Source: a virus. Taken from it: a stretch of 64,000 nt of DNA. Shown here piece by piece: positions 8,689 to 18,265 of this stretch. Location of the stretch: the IMG/VR virus record IMGVR_UViG_3300021958_000038. One strand, written 5' to 3'. Within the stretch, counting starts at the first letter, position 1. The number at the start of each line of letters is the position of its first letter. The position numbers and the translations under genes are program-made. The notes beneath the pieces were generated by a model, which was not told where the DNA came from, did not search any database, and saw nothing but the letters and a program-made list of their open reading frames with translations.

Positions 8689-9541
8689 CTAACTTCTCCT
8701 TAATATAATCTTTTAGTGAAACTTTAGCCGACCAACCTAGGTCTTTTAATTTTTCATTTTTAACATCAGCATCTAAACGATTTGCTGAATTACCTTGAAC
8801 CATTTTAGGTTTACAACCTAGCATTTCTACTACGTCTAAAATAGAATAACTTTGATTCGATGCTATACCATACTCATCACCTATACCTTCCATACCAGCA
8901 ATTATTAATCCGTTGACTGTATCATCAATATGAGTAAAGTTTCTCAGCTGAGTTCCTGGTTCTGTAACTGGTAATTCAGTGGCTCCATTTTTTACCATAC
9001 TTAAATATTTTGCAATTACTGTAGAATAATCGCCTTCTGAAATTTCACCATCACCATAAACATTGTAAAAGTATACAATTGAATATTCTAAATAGAACCA
9101 ATTAGAATAAGATTTTAAAAATTCTGTATTTTGCCATTTTGTATATGCGTATGGACTCATTGTATATCCTGGAACATCTCCTTTACTAAATTTAGTTGAA
9201 GAGCCAGAATAAATAAACTTTGCTTGTTGATGTTTTGCAAATTCAACTACAGCTGGAAATGACATATAATTAGATTGAATTACTTTTTGATAATCATCAA
9301 ATGATTTTTCTACTCTTGCATATTCTCCTAAATGCCAAATATAATTAAATTTTTCTTTATTATGTTGCCATATAGAAAATAAATCAAATGCATCACCATA
9401 ATAGTACTTTGCACCTTTATGTTGTTTTTTACCTGTAGAATGATTATCCAAGACTGTAACATCTTCGCCAGCTTTAACTAATTTTTCTACCAAATGTGAA
9501 CCAATAAATCCACAGCCACCAGTTACTAAATGTCTAGCCAT
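8681..9541 (-). CDS. NAD-dependent epimerase/dehydratase (extended SDR)
   Basis: LVTGGCGFIGSHL, SPYAYTK, FYNVYG, RNFTHIDD. Confidence 0.92.
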   Translation of the reverse strand: MARHLVTGGCGFIGSHLVEKLVKAGEDVTVLDNHSTGKKQHKGAKYYYGDAFDLFSIWQHNKEKFNYIWHLGEYARVEKSFDDYQKVIQSNYMSFPAVVEFAKHQQAKFIYSGSSTKFSKGDVPGYTMSPYAYTKWQNTEFLKSYSNWFYLEYSIVYFYNVYGDGEISEGDYSTVIAKYLSMVKNGATELPVTEPGTQLRNFTHIDDTVNGLIIAGMEGIGDEYGIASNQSYSILDVVEMLGCKPKMVQGNSANRLDADVKNEKLKDLGWSAKVSLKDYIKEKLDE

Positions 9542-10458
9542 TATATATTATTCCTAAAAACGAATTCAATTGCTCTTTCAGCTTCTCGACCAATATCTCT
9601 TTTTGAATACCAGTTGCCAGTATCATTATCCAAATCTCTACAAAGATATTCGATTTCTTTTGATGTAATAGGATAACCCTTGGACATTGCATTACCTGCA
9701 GTTGACACCATAATCTGATACATTTTACTATACCAGCCAGTTCCATTAATTGCTTTATATTCTTCAACTTGTTTTTTGTTTACAAAAGGACAGTCCAAAT
9801 ATCCGGTCCAAGAATAGTTAGTGTTGTTAAGTTGTCCTTTTCTGTGTTCGATGAGTCCTTTTTTAATTGCATCTGGTAACTTATCGAAAAATGATTCATT
9901 TGGTACAACGTATCTGTGCTTTTCCATGAGTGCCATTGGTTCCATAATTTTTCCATCATGGGAGAATATGAAATTGAAAGCCCCGTCGTATTGACTTGGT
10001 ACGTAGTACATTCTGGATAAATCTTTTGTTTGTGCATCTGCGATATCTCCTATCTCTTTATTTAATGCATACCAAAAATGTTTAATGTTATCTGCTGGGA
10101 TTGCTTCAGTTAGTGGAAATACTAAACGAAACTTTGGTTTTTCTTTGGTTGATGATGCTGTTGAATAGCAAACATATCGATATTGAGAATATTTCTTTTC
10201 GATATCTTTTACATCACCTTCATAATCATCAATATCAAGAATGCCGAAACCACCCCAGCCGGTTACATTGGAATTTGCTCGAGTGGTCTCGGTCTTATAA
10301 ATTGCTGGACTGATTAAGGGAGCATCTTTTTTCTTAAGATACTTTTTCTGTTCCGCTAAACGATATAAAACTTGCTCAAACTCATCGAATGAATTGTAAT
10401 CCATTCGCTTTTCTGTTTTATTATCGTATATGTTATCAAATATTGTTAAGCTTACCAT
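9541..10458 (-). CDS. Archaeo-eukaryotic-type primase/PrimPol-like protein
   Basis: PLISPA, LDIDD (DxD), YSTASS..KPKFRLVFPL, D.QTKDLSRMYYVP, helical PriCT-like C-terminus. Confidence 0.7.
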   Translation of the reverse strand: MVSLTIFDNIYDNKTEKRMDYNSFDEFEQVLYRLAEQKKYLKKKDAPLISPAIYKTETTRANSNVTGWGGFGILDIDDYEGDVKDIEKKYSQYRYVCYSTASSTKEKPKFRLVFPLTEAIPADNIKHFWYALNKEIGDIADAQTKDLSRMYYVPSQYDGAFNFIFSHDGKIMEPMALMEKHRYVVPNESFFDKLPDAIKKGLIEHRKGQLNNTNYSWTGYLDCPFVNKKQVEEYKAINGTGWYSKMYQIMVSTAGNAMSKGYPITSKEIEYLCRDLDNDTGNWYSKRDIGREAERAIEFVFRNNI

Positions 10459-10858
10459 GATTACCGCTGTGGTCTGGACCCTCCCAGTCCGCTGGTTTAA
10501 TTAAATCTGGCAATCCAAGTGGATTTGGCCTTGATTCTTTTACACCTACTTCTTTTGCAAGATTTGCTTTGAGTACTTCGTCCCATGCTTTGTATGGGTC
10601 AACGCCAAATGCATCGAGTGTACCAATAGCAACAACACATAAATCAATTAATCCATCGACAATTTCTTCTGCATCTTTATTTGTTAATGCTGCTTCAGTC
10701 TCCATTAGTTCTTCTCGTAAGAATCTAACTCTGAACTGTAGATATTCTCTTAGATTATCTTTATTATCTTTATTTTTATGCATCCACATCTTTACGCCAT
10801 ATTTGTATTGCATATCTGATATGTCTTTTACCCAATTGTTACTCATTATAGTCTCCAT
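10436..10858 (-). CDS. MazG/PRA-PH-like NTP pyrophosphohydrolase
   Basis: FLREELMET, EIVDGLIDL, AWDEVLKANLAK, DLIKP.DW..PD. Confidence 0.8.
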   Translation of the reverse strand: METIMSNNWVKDISDMQYKYGVKMWMHKNKDNKDNLREYLQFRVRFLREELMETEAALTNKDAEEIVDGLIDLCVVAIGTLDAFGVDPYKAWDEVLKANLAKEVGVKESRPNPLGLPDLIKPADWEGPDHSGNHGKLNNI

Positions 10859-11468
10859 TAACTATTTGTTCTACTTCCGATGCAATATGATTTGCACCTA
10901 ATTGTTTTGTTATCTCAATTACTTCTGGTAGAATCTTTATTGCCTGCGTATATGTAAGCTCTCTCCAATTCTTTAAAACATAATTGTGTTTATTATCGTT
11001 ACTCAGTTGAGCATTTACCCACTTATATCTATAACCAAATTTTTTATCCATTTCGTCATGTAAATATGTTTCGAGCTTTCTGCCATTAGTAAAATTAACT
11101 GCATCAGCTGCATTCTTAATAAACAGATATCTAACTCTTAGGTCATCGACATCATAATCGCCAGCTGCCAAAAGCATTTTAATTGGATGTGCTCCCTTTG
11201 GTACAGTGACTGCTCTTGTTCTACCAATAATATCTCTAAGCGCGGTTCCGATATATCCAATGTCTCCGTGAATAACTTTTTCGCCAATTTTTTCTAAATC
11301 GTCTTTATGTGCCCATTGATATACCCCATGGATTTGATTTCCTCCTGGGTCTTTAGAACCTGTGAATTTTCCATATTCACTTACCCATTCTTCGTATTGA
11401 GGAACAGATAATGTAGGTACTTCGTCTGCTTTAATCCAGTCAGTTATATGTTCAATTGATTTTATCAT
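10839..11468 (-). CDS. Hypothetical protein, putative GIY-YIG-like nuclease
   Basis: HGVY...GYIGT...GR...KLETYL...WVN resembles the GIY-YIG motif order. Confidence 0.5.
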   Translation of the reverse strand: MIKSIEHITDWIKADEVPTLSVPQYEEWVSEYGKFTGSKDPGGNQIHGVYQWAHKDDLEKIGEKVIHGDIGYIGTALRDIIGRTRAVTVPKGAHPIKMLLAAGDYDVDDLRVRYLFIKNAADAVNFTNGRKLETYLHDEMDKKFGYRYKWVNAQLSNDNKHNYVLKNWRELTYTQAIKILPEVIEITKQLGANHIASEVEQIVNGDYNE

Positions 11469-11785
11469 TTTGGTACGATAATATCCTTGGAAGGTACTTG
11501 GATTCCAGCACCCTTGCCTGACATTTGATTAATTTGGTCGGAAAGTTGTCCGACTGGTTTTACTGTGAATAATATATGTTTATTATCAATTGTAACACCT
11601 TTGTGAGCTTCTGTATAAGCCATAAAAGGAATGAATGCGATTTTACCTTCACCACCTGGTAATAAGTTAAAGCCGTTTTCAATTGTAAGTGAATCTTTAC
11701 CTTTGGTAACATCACCAACAATTTCTTCTCCTGATACGAGTCTTACAAGAAGTTGTTCAGTTTTTAGTTTCATAGTTTTCTCCAT
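11465..11785 (-). CDS. Conserved T4-like phage small protein (Sm-like fold)
   Basis: LVRLVSGEEIVGDV N-terminus and FIPFM; typical gene next to gp43. Confidence 0.6.
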   Translation of the reverse strand: MEKTMKLKTEQLLVRLVSGEEIVGDVTKGKDSLTIENGFNLLPGGEGKIAFIPFMAYTEAHKGVTIDNKHILFTVKPVGQLSDQINQMSGKGAGIQVPSKDIIVPK

Positions 11786-11796
11786 TTTGTAGTAGT

Positions 11797-11825
11797 ATTA
11801 TACCATACTTTTTATTAAATGTACA
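11797..11825 (-). promoter_or_regulatory. Promoter TGTACA-N17-TATAAT downstream of gp43
   Basis: Exact 6-17-6 spacing, TGG extended -10. Confidence 0.75.
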
Positions 11826-11829
11826 GTGC

Positions 11830-14352
11830 TTATCCAAAGAAATCCTCCAATGTAGATATTTCTTCAGGTGACCACCCTACAGCATCCAATACTGGCTGAA
11901 TTGGGTCCAAGAATGTTTTTTGGAATTGCAATTCAAAGTCAATATATTTGTGTAAACCAAATTCGTCTGGTAAGTAATCTGGAAATGCGATTACATTTTC
12001 ATGTATACGATTTGGCGTTTTCAAATAGACGAATTTAATCTTTTCGCCGTTTTTGATTTTTGTGTATTTTTTATTTAATGAAAGGTCATCAACTTGGCTG
12101 TTGTATAATAATGAGCCTCTGACATGAATTGGTGTACCTTTTTTGTAAATAGTTGTGTTGCCTTTGTATTCTCTAACTTTGGATACGCCACGAGGGAATG
12201 CAATTTCATGTGGCTGTAATGTTGTAAAGTAATTTTTAAAATGGTCAATAGCTTGTTGTGTTTGGCTTTCGTTACCACTCATAATAACTTTAAAGATTTC
12301 TTTAAGAGCATCACGACATGGCTCAGGTGTTGACGATTTAATAGCTTCAATACCCATAATCTTAAGTTTAGGTTCAGCATAACGAACACCTTCGTTATCG
12401 TGGACATTTAGAATATATCGCTTTTTAGCTGTCCACAATCCTTTGTCTGCAATAGCTTCTCGTTTCATAACCATACGATTATCAATACCGCCAAACATTC
12501 CAAAGAGTACATCATATGAATTTTCGAGTACTGGCTCTAGATTTTGTGCACAAACTTTATCAAGAAAGTCAATAGGATTTGGTGGATTAATTGCTTTTAC
12601 TAAATCATCTAGGCATACATACAATGAATCTGTGTCGATGGCAAGTACATAATCTTTCCATGATTTTCCTTTTCGCAATGTTTTATTGAGGTGGGCGTTG
12701 ATTGCATATTCGGCCCATCGAATGGTGAGCTGTCCTGTAAGGGTAATTGCTTCTGCGATTCTCTGGTCAAAGAATCTAAAATATTTATTCCCCATAGCAC
12801 CATAGAGAGAATTAAGAAGAATTTTAATTGCCATCTGTCTATTTTCGGCCAGTGAAATTTCCCTTTCAATCGAGTAAAGTTCTTGTTTATCATTTTTATC
12901 TACCTTTTGTAATTTTTTTTGAGCATTAATCATTTCGCTTTTAATGCCAACCCTTTCGTTATACATATCGTCAATAATCGCTGGAAGAATACCTTGCCTT
13001 TCTGTTCTGAAGTATTGTCCATTTGCGGCTAGGGCTTTGCCTTTATTGTCGATGTTTTGTGATTTGGTGAGGACAGCTTCGATATCGACTTTAGTAACTT
13101 CTCCATCTGCAATAGTTTCAGGTGACATATTGTATTGCATAATGATAGAAGGATATAGTGAGTTGAGGTCGAAGCTGACCACATTGTCATGAATACCAAC
13201 TAATGGGTCTTTTACGAAACCACCAGGATAGTTAGTTTTTGTTTTATCTTCTGAGAATGGAACAACCATTTTATTATCTGTCAACTTACGATAAATGATT
13301 GTGTCCCATATAGCAGTTGTACCAAAAGTATCAGAATAGTTTACACCTGCTTTATATGCGATTGTCATTGCAAGAGTAATAAGACCCATCTTATCTTCTA
13401 GTCTATCAACCAACTCAACGTCTTTGATATTATAGTCAATAAACTTTTGAAAATCGTTTTTATATAAACTATAAATTGAACCATATTCTTCGTATGACAA
13501 TTTCTTTTCGCCAAGTACGACATTTGCAATATGGTCGAGTTTGTAAGATTCTTGAGCACCGTATGAGTAACCAAACTTAATGAATAACTCTAGGTAATCC
13601 ATATTAGATATACCTTTTAATTCATAGGCAACTTGTGTTCTGCCTTGTTTAGTAATTTCTCTACGTTCAATCATTCCCCAGGGACTTAGTCGCTTAGAGA
13701 ATTGTTCGCCAAGAAGTTTTAGAATTCTGTTGTGTAAATATGGAATATCAAAGAATCTTGTATTCCAACCAGTAATAACATCTGGTGAATGTGTTGTTGA
13801 ATCCCAATGACCAATAAAATCGATTAACAAACTAGATTCTTGTTCGAATTTTTTATAGACCACACGGTGGGTTTTCATAATAGTATTTTCAACATTATAA
13901 TCACCGAGTCCCCAGACGTAGTAAGTATTATCGATATTGTTTTTGATAGTAATAGCTGTAATGACATTATCTGCTCTATCTGGTTCTGGGAATCCGTCGT
14001 CTGATGCGACCTCGATGTCGATTGTTGTTACGTTAATTAGATTACGATTAAATTCAATCTGTCCAGGGAATTCATCGTTAATAAAAGTAGAAATATAACG
14101 AGTGTTTCCAAAGATATCTCTACCAGCTACATCTTTGTTTTGGCCAATCCAATCTTTGGCTTCTCGCATGGATTCAAATCTGACTTCTCCGACTGGAGTT
14201 CCGTCAAGTGCTTTCCATGATGTTGGACGGTTTGTTGAAACATACAGTTTCGGACCGTATTTGATTTTTTGTGTTACACGTTTTCCATTTTCGTAACCAC
14301 GATATAATAGCATATTGCCATATCGGGATACGTTTGTGTAGAATTTCATCAT
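11830..14352 (-). CDS. gp43: DNA polymerase family B (gp43)
   Basis: Exo DIEV, GWN..FFDIPY, YNIKDV; polymerase [28 protein letters not shown]; C-terminal clamp motif TLEDFFG. Confidence 0.99.
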   Translation of the reverse strand: MMKFYTNVSRYGNMLLYRGYENGKRVTQKIKYGPKLYVSTNRPTSWKALDGTPVGEVRFESMREAKDWIGQNKDVAGRDIFGNTRYISTFINDEFPGQIEFNRNLINVTTIDIEVASDDGFPEPDRADNVITAITIKNNIDNTYYVWGLGDYNVENTIMKTHRVVYKKFEQESSLLIDFIGHWDSTTHSPDVITGWNTRFFDIPYLHNRILKLLGEQFSKRLSPWGMIERREITKQGRTQVAYELKGISNMDYLELFIKFGYSYGAQESYKLDHIANVVLGEKKLSYEEYGSIYSLYKNDFQKFIDYNIKDVELVDRLEDKMGLITLAMTIAYKAGVNYSDTFGTTAIWDTIIYRKLTDNKMVVPFSEDKTKTNYPGGFVKDPLVGIHDNVVSFDLNSLYPSIIMQYNMSPETIADGEVTKVDIEAVLTKSQNIDNKGKALAANGQYFRTERQGILPAIIDDMYNERVGIKSEMINAQKKLQKVDKNDKQELYSIEREISLAENRQMAIKILLNSLYGAMGNKYFRFFDQRIAEAITLTGQLTIRWAEYAINAHLNKTLRKGKSWKDYVLAIDTDSLYVCLDDLVKAINPPNPIDFLDKVCAQNLEPVLENSYDVLFGMFGGIDNRMVMKREAIADKGLWTAKKRYILNVHDNEGVRYAEPKLKIMGIEAIKSSTPEPCRDALKEIFKVIMSGNESQTQQAIDHFKNYFTTLQPHEIAFPRGVSKVREYKGNTTIYKKGTPIHVRGSLLYNSQVDDLSLNKKYTKIKNGEKIKFVYLKTPNRIHENVIAFPDYLPDEFGLHKYIDFELQFQKTFLDPIQPVLDAVGWSPEEISTLEDFFG

Positions 14353-14377
14353 ATAATTGTCACCTTGTATATTATAT

Positions 14378-14406
14378 ATTATACCATACTATCATAGGTT
14401 TGTACA
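14378..14406 (-). promoter_or_regulatory. Promoter TGTACA-N17-TATAAT upstream of gp43
   Basis: aaaaaaacactgtaca...atggtataat. Confidence 0.78.
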
Positions 14407-14424
14407 GTGTTTTTTTGAAAATTT

Positions 14425-14446
14425 GGAGGGAGATTTCTCTCCCCCC
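14425..14446 (-). terminator. Hairpin (9-bp stem, GAAA loop), probable terminator upstream of the gp43 promoter
   Basis: ggggggaga-gaaa-tctccctcc followed by aaattttc. Confidence 0.5.
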
Positions 14447-14466
14447 GCATGAGTTTCAATTGGAGG

Positions 14467-14607
14467 CTAAAACGCTTGAGTAGTAAGTAATATTACCATT
14501 GGTGCTAATCCTAAAATTATTCCACCTGTTAATAACATTATTGTTACTCCGCCTAGGGCCTCCGCAATGTCCTCGTGTTTTTGCACTAAGTGCATAAATG
14601 TTTTCAT
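14467..14607 (-). CDS. Small single-TM protein (46 aa, not in the ORF track)
   Basis: ATG 14607 with GGAG upstream; MKTFMHLVQKHEDIAEALGGVTIMLLTGGIILGLAPMVILLTTQAF*. Confidence 0.55.
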   Translation of the reverse strand: MKTFMHLVQKHEDIAEALGGVTIMLLTGGIILGLAPMVILLTTQAF

Positions 14608-14661
14608 TGCTGTTCTCCAGTAAAAAAGTTTATTACTTATCTACTGAGTTTTCGCTGATAC

Positions 14662-15117
14662 TTATCCTTTAAGAAAAGACTTTTTCTTTGATGCCCCAGC
14701 AGACCCTATCTGAATCTTCCTAGGACGCCTTTCTTCGGGAAGTTCAACTCTGGCATACACCACGAGTATTCCATTCTCTAAATCGGCACCATCTATTACG
14801 ACAAATTCTGAGAGACGGAAGCTCTTCTCAAATTTGCGGGATGATATACCTTTCCAAGCGTATTCGCGTTCATCATTTTCGATTTTACCTCTGACCTTTA
14901 AAATACCATCTTTTACTTCAAGTTCAATATCGTCTTGAGTAAATCCAGCAACAGCCATTTCGATAAGGAATTTCTCCTCATCGACTTTCACGATGTTGTG
15001 TGGTGGGTAATTATCATTCCCTGACCTAGCGGATGTGTGAATCCTTTCTAGTTCATCGAACAGGCCTTCAAAGCCTACAAAAAGTGAACGAGGTACGTTC
15101 AAAGTATTTCTAACCAT
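14662..15117 (-). CDS. hsp20: Small heat-shock protein Hsp20 (IbpA-like)
   Basis: NYPPHNIVK, EMAVAGF, GISSRKFEKSFRL, LENGILVV, PRKIQI; AGGAGG RBS before ATG 15117. Confidence 0.95.
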   Translation of the reverse strand: MVRNTLNVPRSLFVGFEGLFDELERIHTSARSGNDNYPPHNIVKVDEEKFLIEMAVAGFTQDDIELEVKDGILKVRGKIENDEREYAWKGISSRKFEKSFRLSEFVVIDGADLENGILVVYARVELPEERRPRKIQIGSAGASKKKSFLKG

Positions 15118-15185
15118 CTTATTTCCTCCTATTATTAAGCAAGGGTTATTAATATATGAGACCCGACTATTCGGCATCTCGGTTT

Positions 15186-15193
15186 TATTTATA
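15186..15193 (-). promoter_or_regulatory. T4-type late promoter TATAAATA (hsp20)
   Basis: Exact TATAAATA, intergenic. Confidence 0.65.
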
Positions 15194-15215
15194 AGACTTT
15201 TTGTCTTATTTGTGT

Positions 15216-15244
15216 ATTATACCAGGTTTTTATTGAAATGTACA
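15216..15244 (-). promoter_or_regulatory. Promoter TGTACA-N17-TATAAT upstream of hsp20
   Basis: Exact 6-17-6 spacing, TGG extended -10. Confidence 0.72.
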
Positions 15245-15247
15245 GTG

Positions 15248-16372
15248 TTATTTCGGTCTAGGACCAAAATTTTCCTCATACGTAGTAGCAGGTTGAGGAA
15301 ATTGTACTAAATTTAATGTATCGGGTTTATATCCTTCTGGGAAATAAGGTAAATCAATCCAAGGGATTAGATAATCATCGATGTGATGTAATTTTCCAGC
15401 TGCTTCAAATCTTTTAAAGTAAGCAATAAAAACAGTCATCCAATCTAACCATCCACGACCATGGTTTTTATCATTAGCTAATGATACAATACCGCCTATT
15501 CTTTGGTCGTACACATAAGTTGGATAAAGGTCATTCATAGCTCTTACGTCTAGTAAACCTTTTTTGCCTGCGTCTTTTACTTCTAGGTAATTAATTACGT
15601 CTTCACCTACTAGCAAATCTTCTGGAAACTTTGCATATTCTACTGCTTTACGAGAATACCACGTAATTCTGTTATGTGACTCACAGCCATTAACATAATC
15701 GTGTTCGTATATTGATAATTCTTGGTGAGCATCTGACAGCATTGTTAAGTATGGACTTCCTTTTTCAATCCAATTTCCGGACATGGCCCATTTCCACCAA
15801 CCTTTTGGTCTTACAAAGCATCTATATCCACGCCCTGCAATGTGGTCTTGATTATTGGGGTCTAATGCATGTCTGTGTGATGACCTTATGCAATCGTCCC
15901 ATCTCATATGCCAGCTATAACCTTCATTAGGAATAATACCATATTGATTTTCTATGGAAATTACATCTGGAGGTGTTGGCCTTACCCAATCATCAGGTGC
16001 ACCAGCTGATTCTGCATGTGCTTCTGGATTTGCTATTGCTTTATATAAGTAAATGCCATGAGGTGTTAAAAAGTCATCACCATCTATCATTACCATATAG
16101 TCATCGTCAGATTTTAAAAATTCAGCAAGAACAGAGTTTTTACCTTTTGAAGGTCCCCCATTACTTTTTGTAGATACCCAAGATATGCCTTCTGAATCAA
16201 GCCATTCTATAGCAGTTGCTTTAAAATTTTCATTTCTTGTATTGATTACAAATTTTACTTCTGACTTATCTAGTGTTTGACTTTGACTACCGTCCCACAT
16301 GCGTTTATGCCTTTTCATTGCAGCAACGCCTCGTGTAATTAAAACATAAAATCCTAGCTTTTTAGTCGACAT
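15248..16372 (-). CDS. Hypothetical protein, putative GT-A-fold glycosyltransferase
   Basis: SNGGPSKGKNSVL...DYMVMIDGDDFL (GT2-like G...N / DxDD pattern) and GEDV. Confidence 0.45.
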   Translation of the reverse strand: MSTKKLGFYVLITRGVAAMKRHKRMWDGSQSQTLDKSEVKFVINTRNENFKATAIEWLDSEGISWVSTKSNGGPSKGKNSVLAEFLKSDDDYMVMIDGDDFLTPHGIYLYKAIANPEAHAESAGAPDDWVRPTPPDVISIENQYGIIPNEGYSWHMRWDDCIRSSHRHALDPNNQDHIAGRGYRCFVRPKGWWKWAMSGNWIEKGSPYLTMLSDAHQELSIYEHDYVNGCESHNRITWYSRKAVEYAKFPEDLLVGEDVINYLEVKDAGKKGLLDVRAMNDLYPTYVYDQRIGGIVSLANDKNHGRGWLDWMTVFIAYFKRFEAAGKLHHIDDYLIPWIDLPYFPEGYKPDTLNLVQFPQPATTYEENFGPRPK

Positions 16373-16380
16373 GTTAAATC

Positions 16381-16911
16381 CTAGATTGGAAGAATTGGCC
16401 AGATAACACTATTTGGAAATGTTTCTTGTTTAGTGATATCCCTTAAAGCTTGTCTATAGTTTTTCATTTCATCACTCATTGTTCTGTCTGATAAAGCAAA
16501 AATGTCAGTCATTCCTAACTCTTGATTTCTTCTTTCTCTAATTTGAAAAGCTAAATCTGATGCTGATTTTTCTGTAATAGTATATGTTTTATACCTTGTA
16601 GTAGCATCTTCAGTCCATTCCCATGTTACGTTTGAAACTTGTGGGTCATAATCTGGCACGTTTGACACAACAACTTCTTTAATTTGTTTAGTAGGTTCAG
16701 CAACTACATAGTTATCTGCTACACCATCTGTTTTTTTCCACCATGTTGCAGCTGCTTGAGCACTATCCTCAGCAAGATTATGCAAATAGTCATCATCAAA
16801 GCTATCTGGTAATCCTAATTTTCTCCACCAATCAGAACTTCCTTCTTTTTGGTATTTAATAAGTACTTGCTTATTTAGCAAATCTACTTTTTCAATTGTA
16901 TATGTTATCAT
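16381..16911 (-). CDS. Tail-fibre assembly chaperone-like protein
   Basis: C-terminal IRERRNQEL..TD......D...MKNYRQALRDITKQETFP..VIWP typical of Tfa/tail assembly chaperones. Confidence 0.75.
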   Translation of the reverse strand: MITYTIEKVDLLNKQVLIKYQKEGSSDWWRKLGLPDSFDDDYLHNLAEDSAQAAATWWKKTDGVADNYVVAEPTKQIKEVVVSNVPDYDPQVSNVTWEWTEDATTRYKTYTITEKSASDLAFQIRERRNQELGMTDIFALSDRTMSDEMKNYRQALRDITKQETFPNSVIWPILPI

Positions 16912-16920
16912 AATTTCTCC

Positions 16921-17802
16921 TTAATAAAAATAAAAGTATACTTCGTTACCGGAACCGTACAGATTGTCTTGGACACCACCTGAATAAAGCATTTGAGCAG
17001 CATGTCTATGTTTGTTTTGATGTCCTACATAAAATGTATTGGTGTTGGGGTCGTATCTAGAACTATAGCTGTTAGTGAAATGCATTCCGTAAGCAGTTGG
17101 ACTTGTATTCGCTAAAGACTTAAAATGGTACAGAGGATAATTTCCCGATGTGCCGCTCAATGTCATGTATGCAGTTCTTGGAAACGTGTAAACAGTATTT
17201 GCAGATGTTACTTGATTGGTATAGTTATAGCCGGTTACAAGATACTGTGTTGCGCTTCCTCCACCCCATGGATTGTATATACTACTTGGAGCATAAGGCA
17301 AGGAATCACAAAAGGCTGAACAGTTATTCCATCCTGTGCTGCTAGAGCTATTAATTGATATTAAAAGATTAATTCCAGCTTGGGTCGCGTATGTTGTGGT
17401 GCCGGCCGAGGGTGTTAAGCTAGTCACGGGTTGATACACTCCAGCAAACTCAGCAACAATACCTCTAATATCTGTTGTATCTGTTACTACATCGGCCGTT
17501 CTGCTTTCTACTCCAAATGCAGCAGCTGATTCTCCGCTTTCAGCTACGTAATATGAACTTCCTTGATATTCACTAAATCCATATCTTGGTGCCGAGTCGG
17601 ACGACCTTTGGGGCTCAATTCTAACTGTTTGTTTACTTGTTCCTCGTAAATCATCTACTCCAATCTGGCCGGCAGCTGGTACATCGTGATAAGGGTCTAC
17701 ATCATAGTACTCATTTATTCCTAGCTGAGCATCAGCTGATGCATCAAATTCAGCTTCTATTTCAGAAAATGCTAATGAACCATTTGTTGTGAGTGTTCCC
17801 AT
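16921..17802 (-). CDS. Putative fibre-tip adhesin / receptor-binding protein
   Basis: N-terminus TLTTNGSLAFSEIEAEF...INEYY...VPAAGQIGVDDLRG resembles the adaptor domain of fibre-tip adhesins; aromatic/Ser/Thr-rich C-domain; own late promoter. Confidence 0.55.
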   Translation of the reverse strand: MGTLTTNGSLAFSEIEAEFDASADAQLGINEYYDVDPYHDVPAAGQIGVDDLRGTSKQTVRIEPQRSSDSAPRYGFSEYQGSSYYVAESGESAAAFGVESRTADVVTDTTDIRGIVAEFAGVYQPVTSLTPSAGTTTYATQAGINLLISINSSSSTGWNNCSAFCDSLPYAPSSIYNPWGGGSATQYLVTGYNYTNQVTSANTVYTFPRTAYMTLSGTSGNYPLYHFKSLANTSPTAYGMHFTNSYSSRYDPNTNTFYVGHQNKHRHAAQMLYSGGVQDNLYGSGNEVYFYFY

Positions 17803-17825
17803 TTAAATCTCCTATAATTTACTAT

Positions 17826-17833
17826 TATTTATA
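17826..17833 (-). promoter_or_regulatory. Late promoter TATAAATA (adhesin cassette)
   Basis: Exact TATAAATA just after regA stop. Confidence 0.7.
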
Positions 17834-17839
17834 AGACTT

Positions 17840-18265
17840 TTACTGCTTATTTGTGTTACCAATGTTATATTTTGGACATAATTCCCAATGAGCTTTTTCT
17901 TTGAAAGGTATAACTTTAATTTGTCTCAATGGTGCAAGTTCTGTTACAGGGCCTTTTTTAACTATACTGATAAGACCCCAATCAGCCAATAAGGTGGCAA
18001 TTGTGTTTCTTCTTTGTAAATCATTCTCGATTAAATTAGACGGCTTACCATCTAATAAGAATAGTTCTTTAAAGTGTACTAAAAAGTACCTACCTTGCTT
18101 ATGCAAAATATGACATGACTGATAAAGCTTATTATCTTTTCTTGAAGCGACTCCGATACGAGTAAGAGTTTCTCGTACTTTAAGAAAATCGTCCGGTTCG
18201 TTTAAAGATACTTCTAACATATCAGCTGGTGACCAGTTTTTTATTTCAATATTTTCGTTTTCCAC
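17840..18265 (-). CDS. regA: Translational repressor RegA
   Basis: DDFLKVRETLTRIGVAS, LYQSCHILHKQGRYFLVHFKELFLLDG. Confidence 0.97.
   Translation of the reverse strand: MENENIEIKNWSPADMLEVSLNEPDDFLKVRETLTRIGVASRKDNKLYQSCHILHKQGRYFLVHFKELFLLDGKPSNLIENDLQRRNTIATLLADWGLISIVKKGPVTELAPLRQIKVIPFKEKAHWELCPKYNIGNTNKQ

Larger units (their letters stand above)
15185..17856. repeat. Imperfect direct repeat (about 31 bp) at 15185-15215 and 17825-17856 flanking a three-gene cassette
   Basis: ttatttataagactttt (17 bp identical) + 4-5 nt + ttatttgtgt (10 bp identical). Confidence 0.8.
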
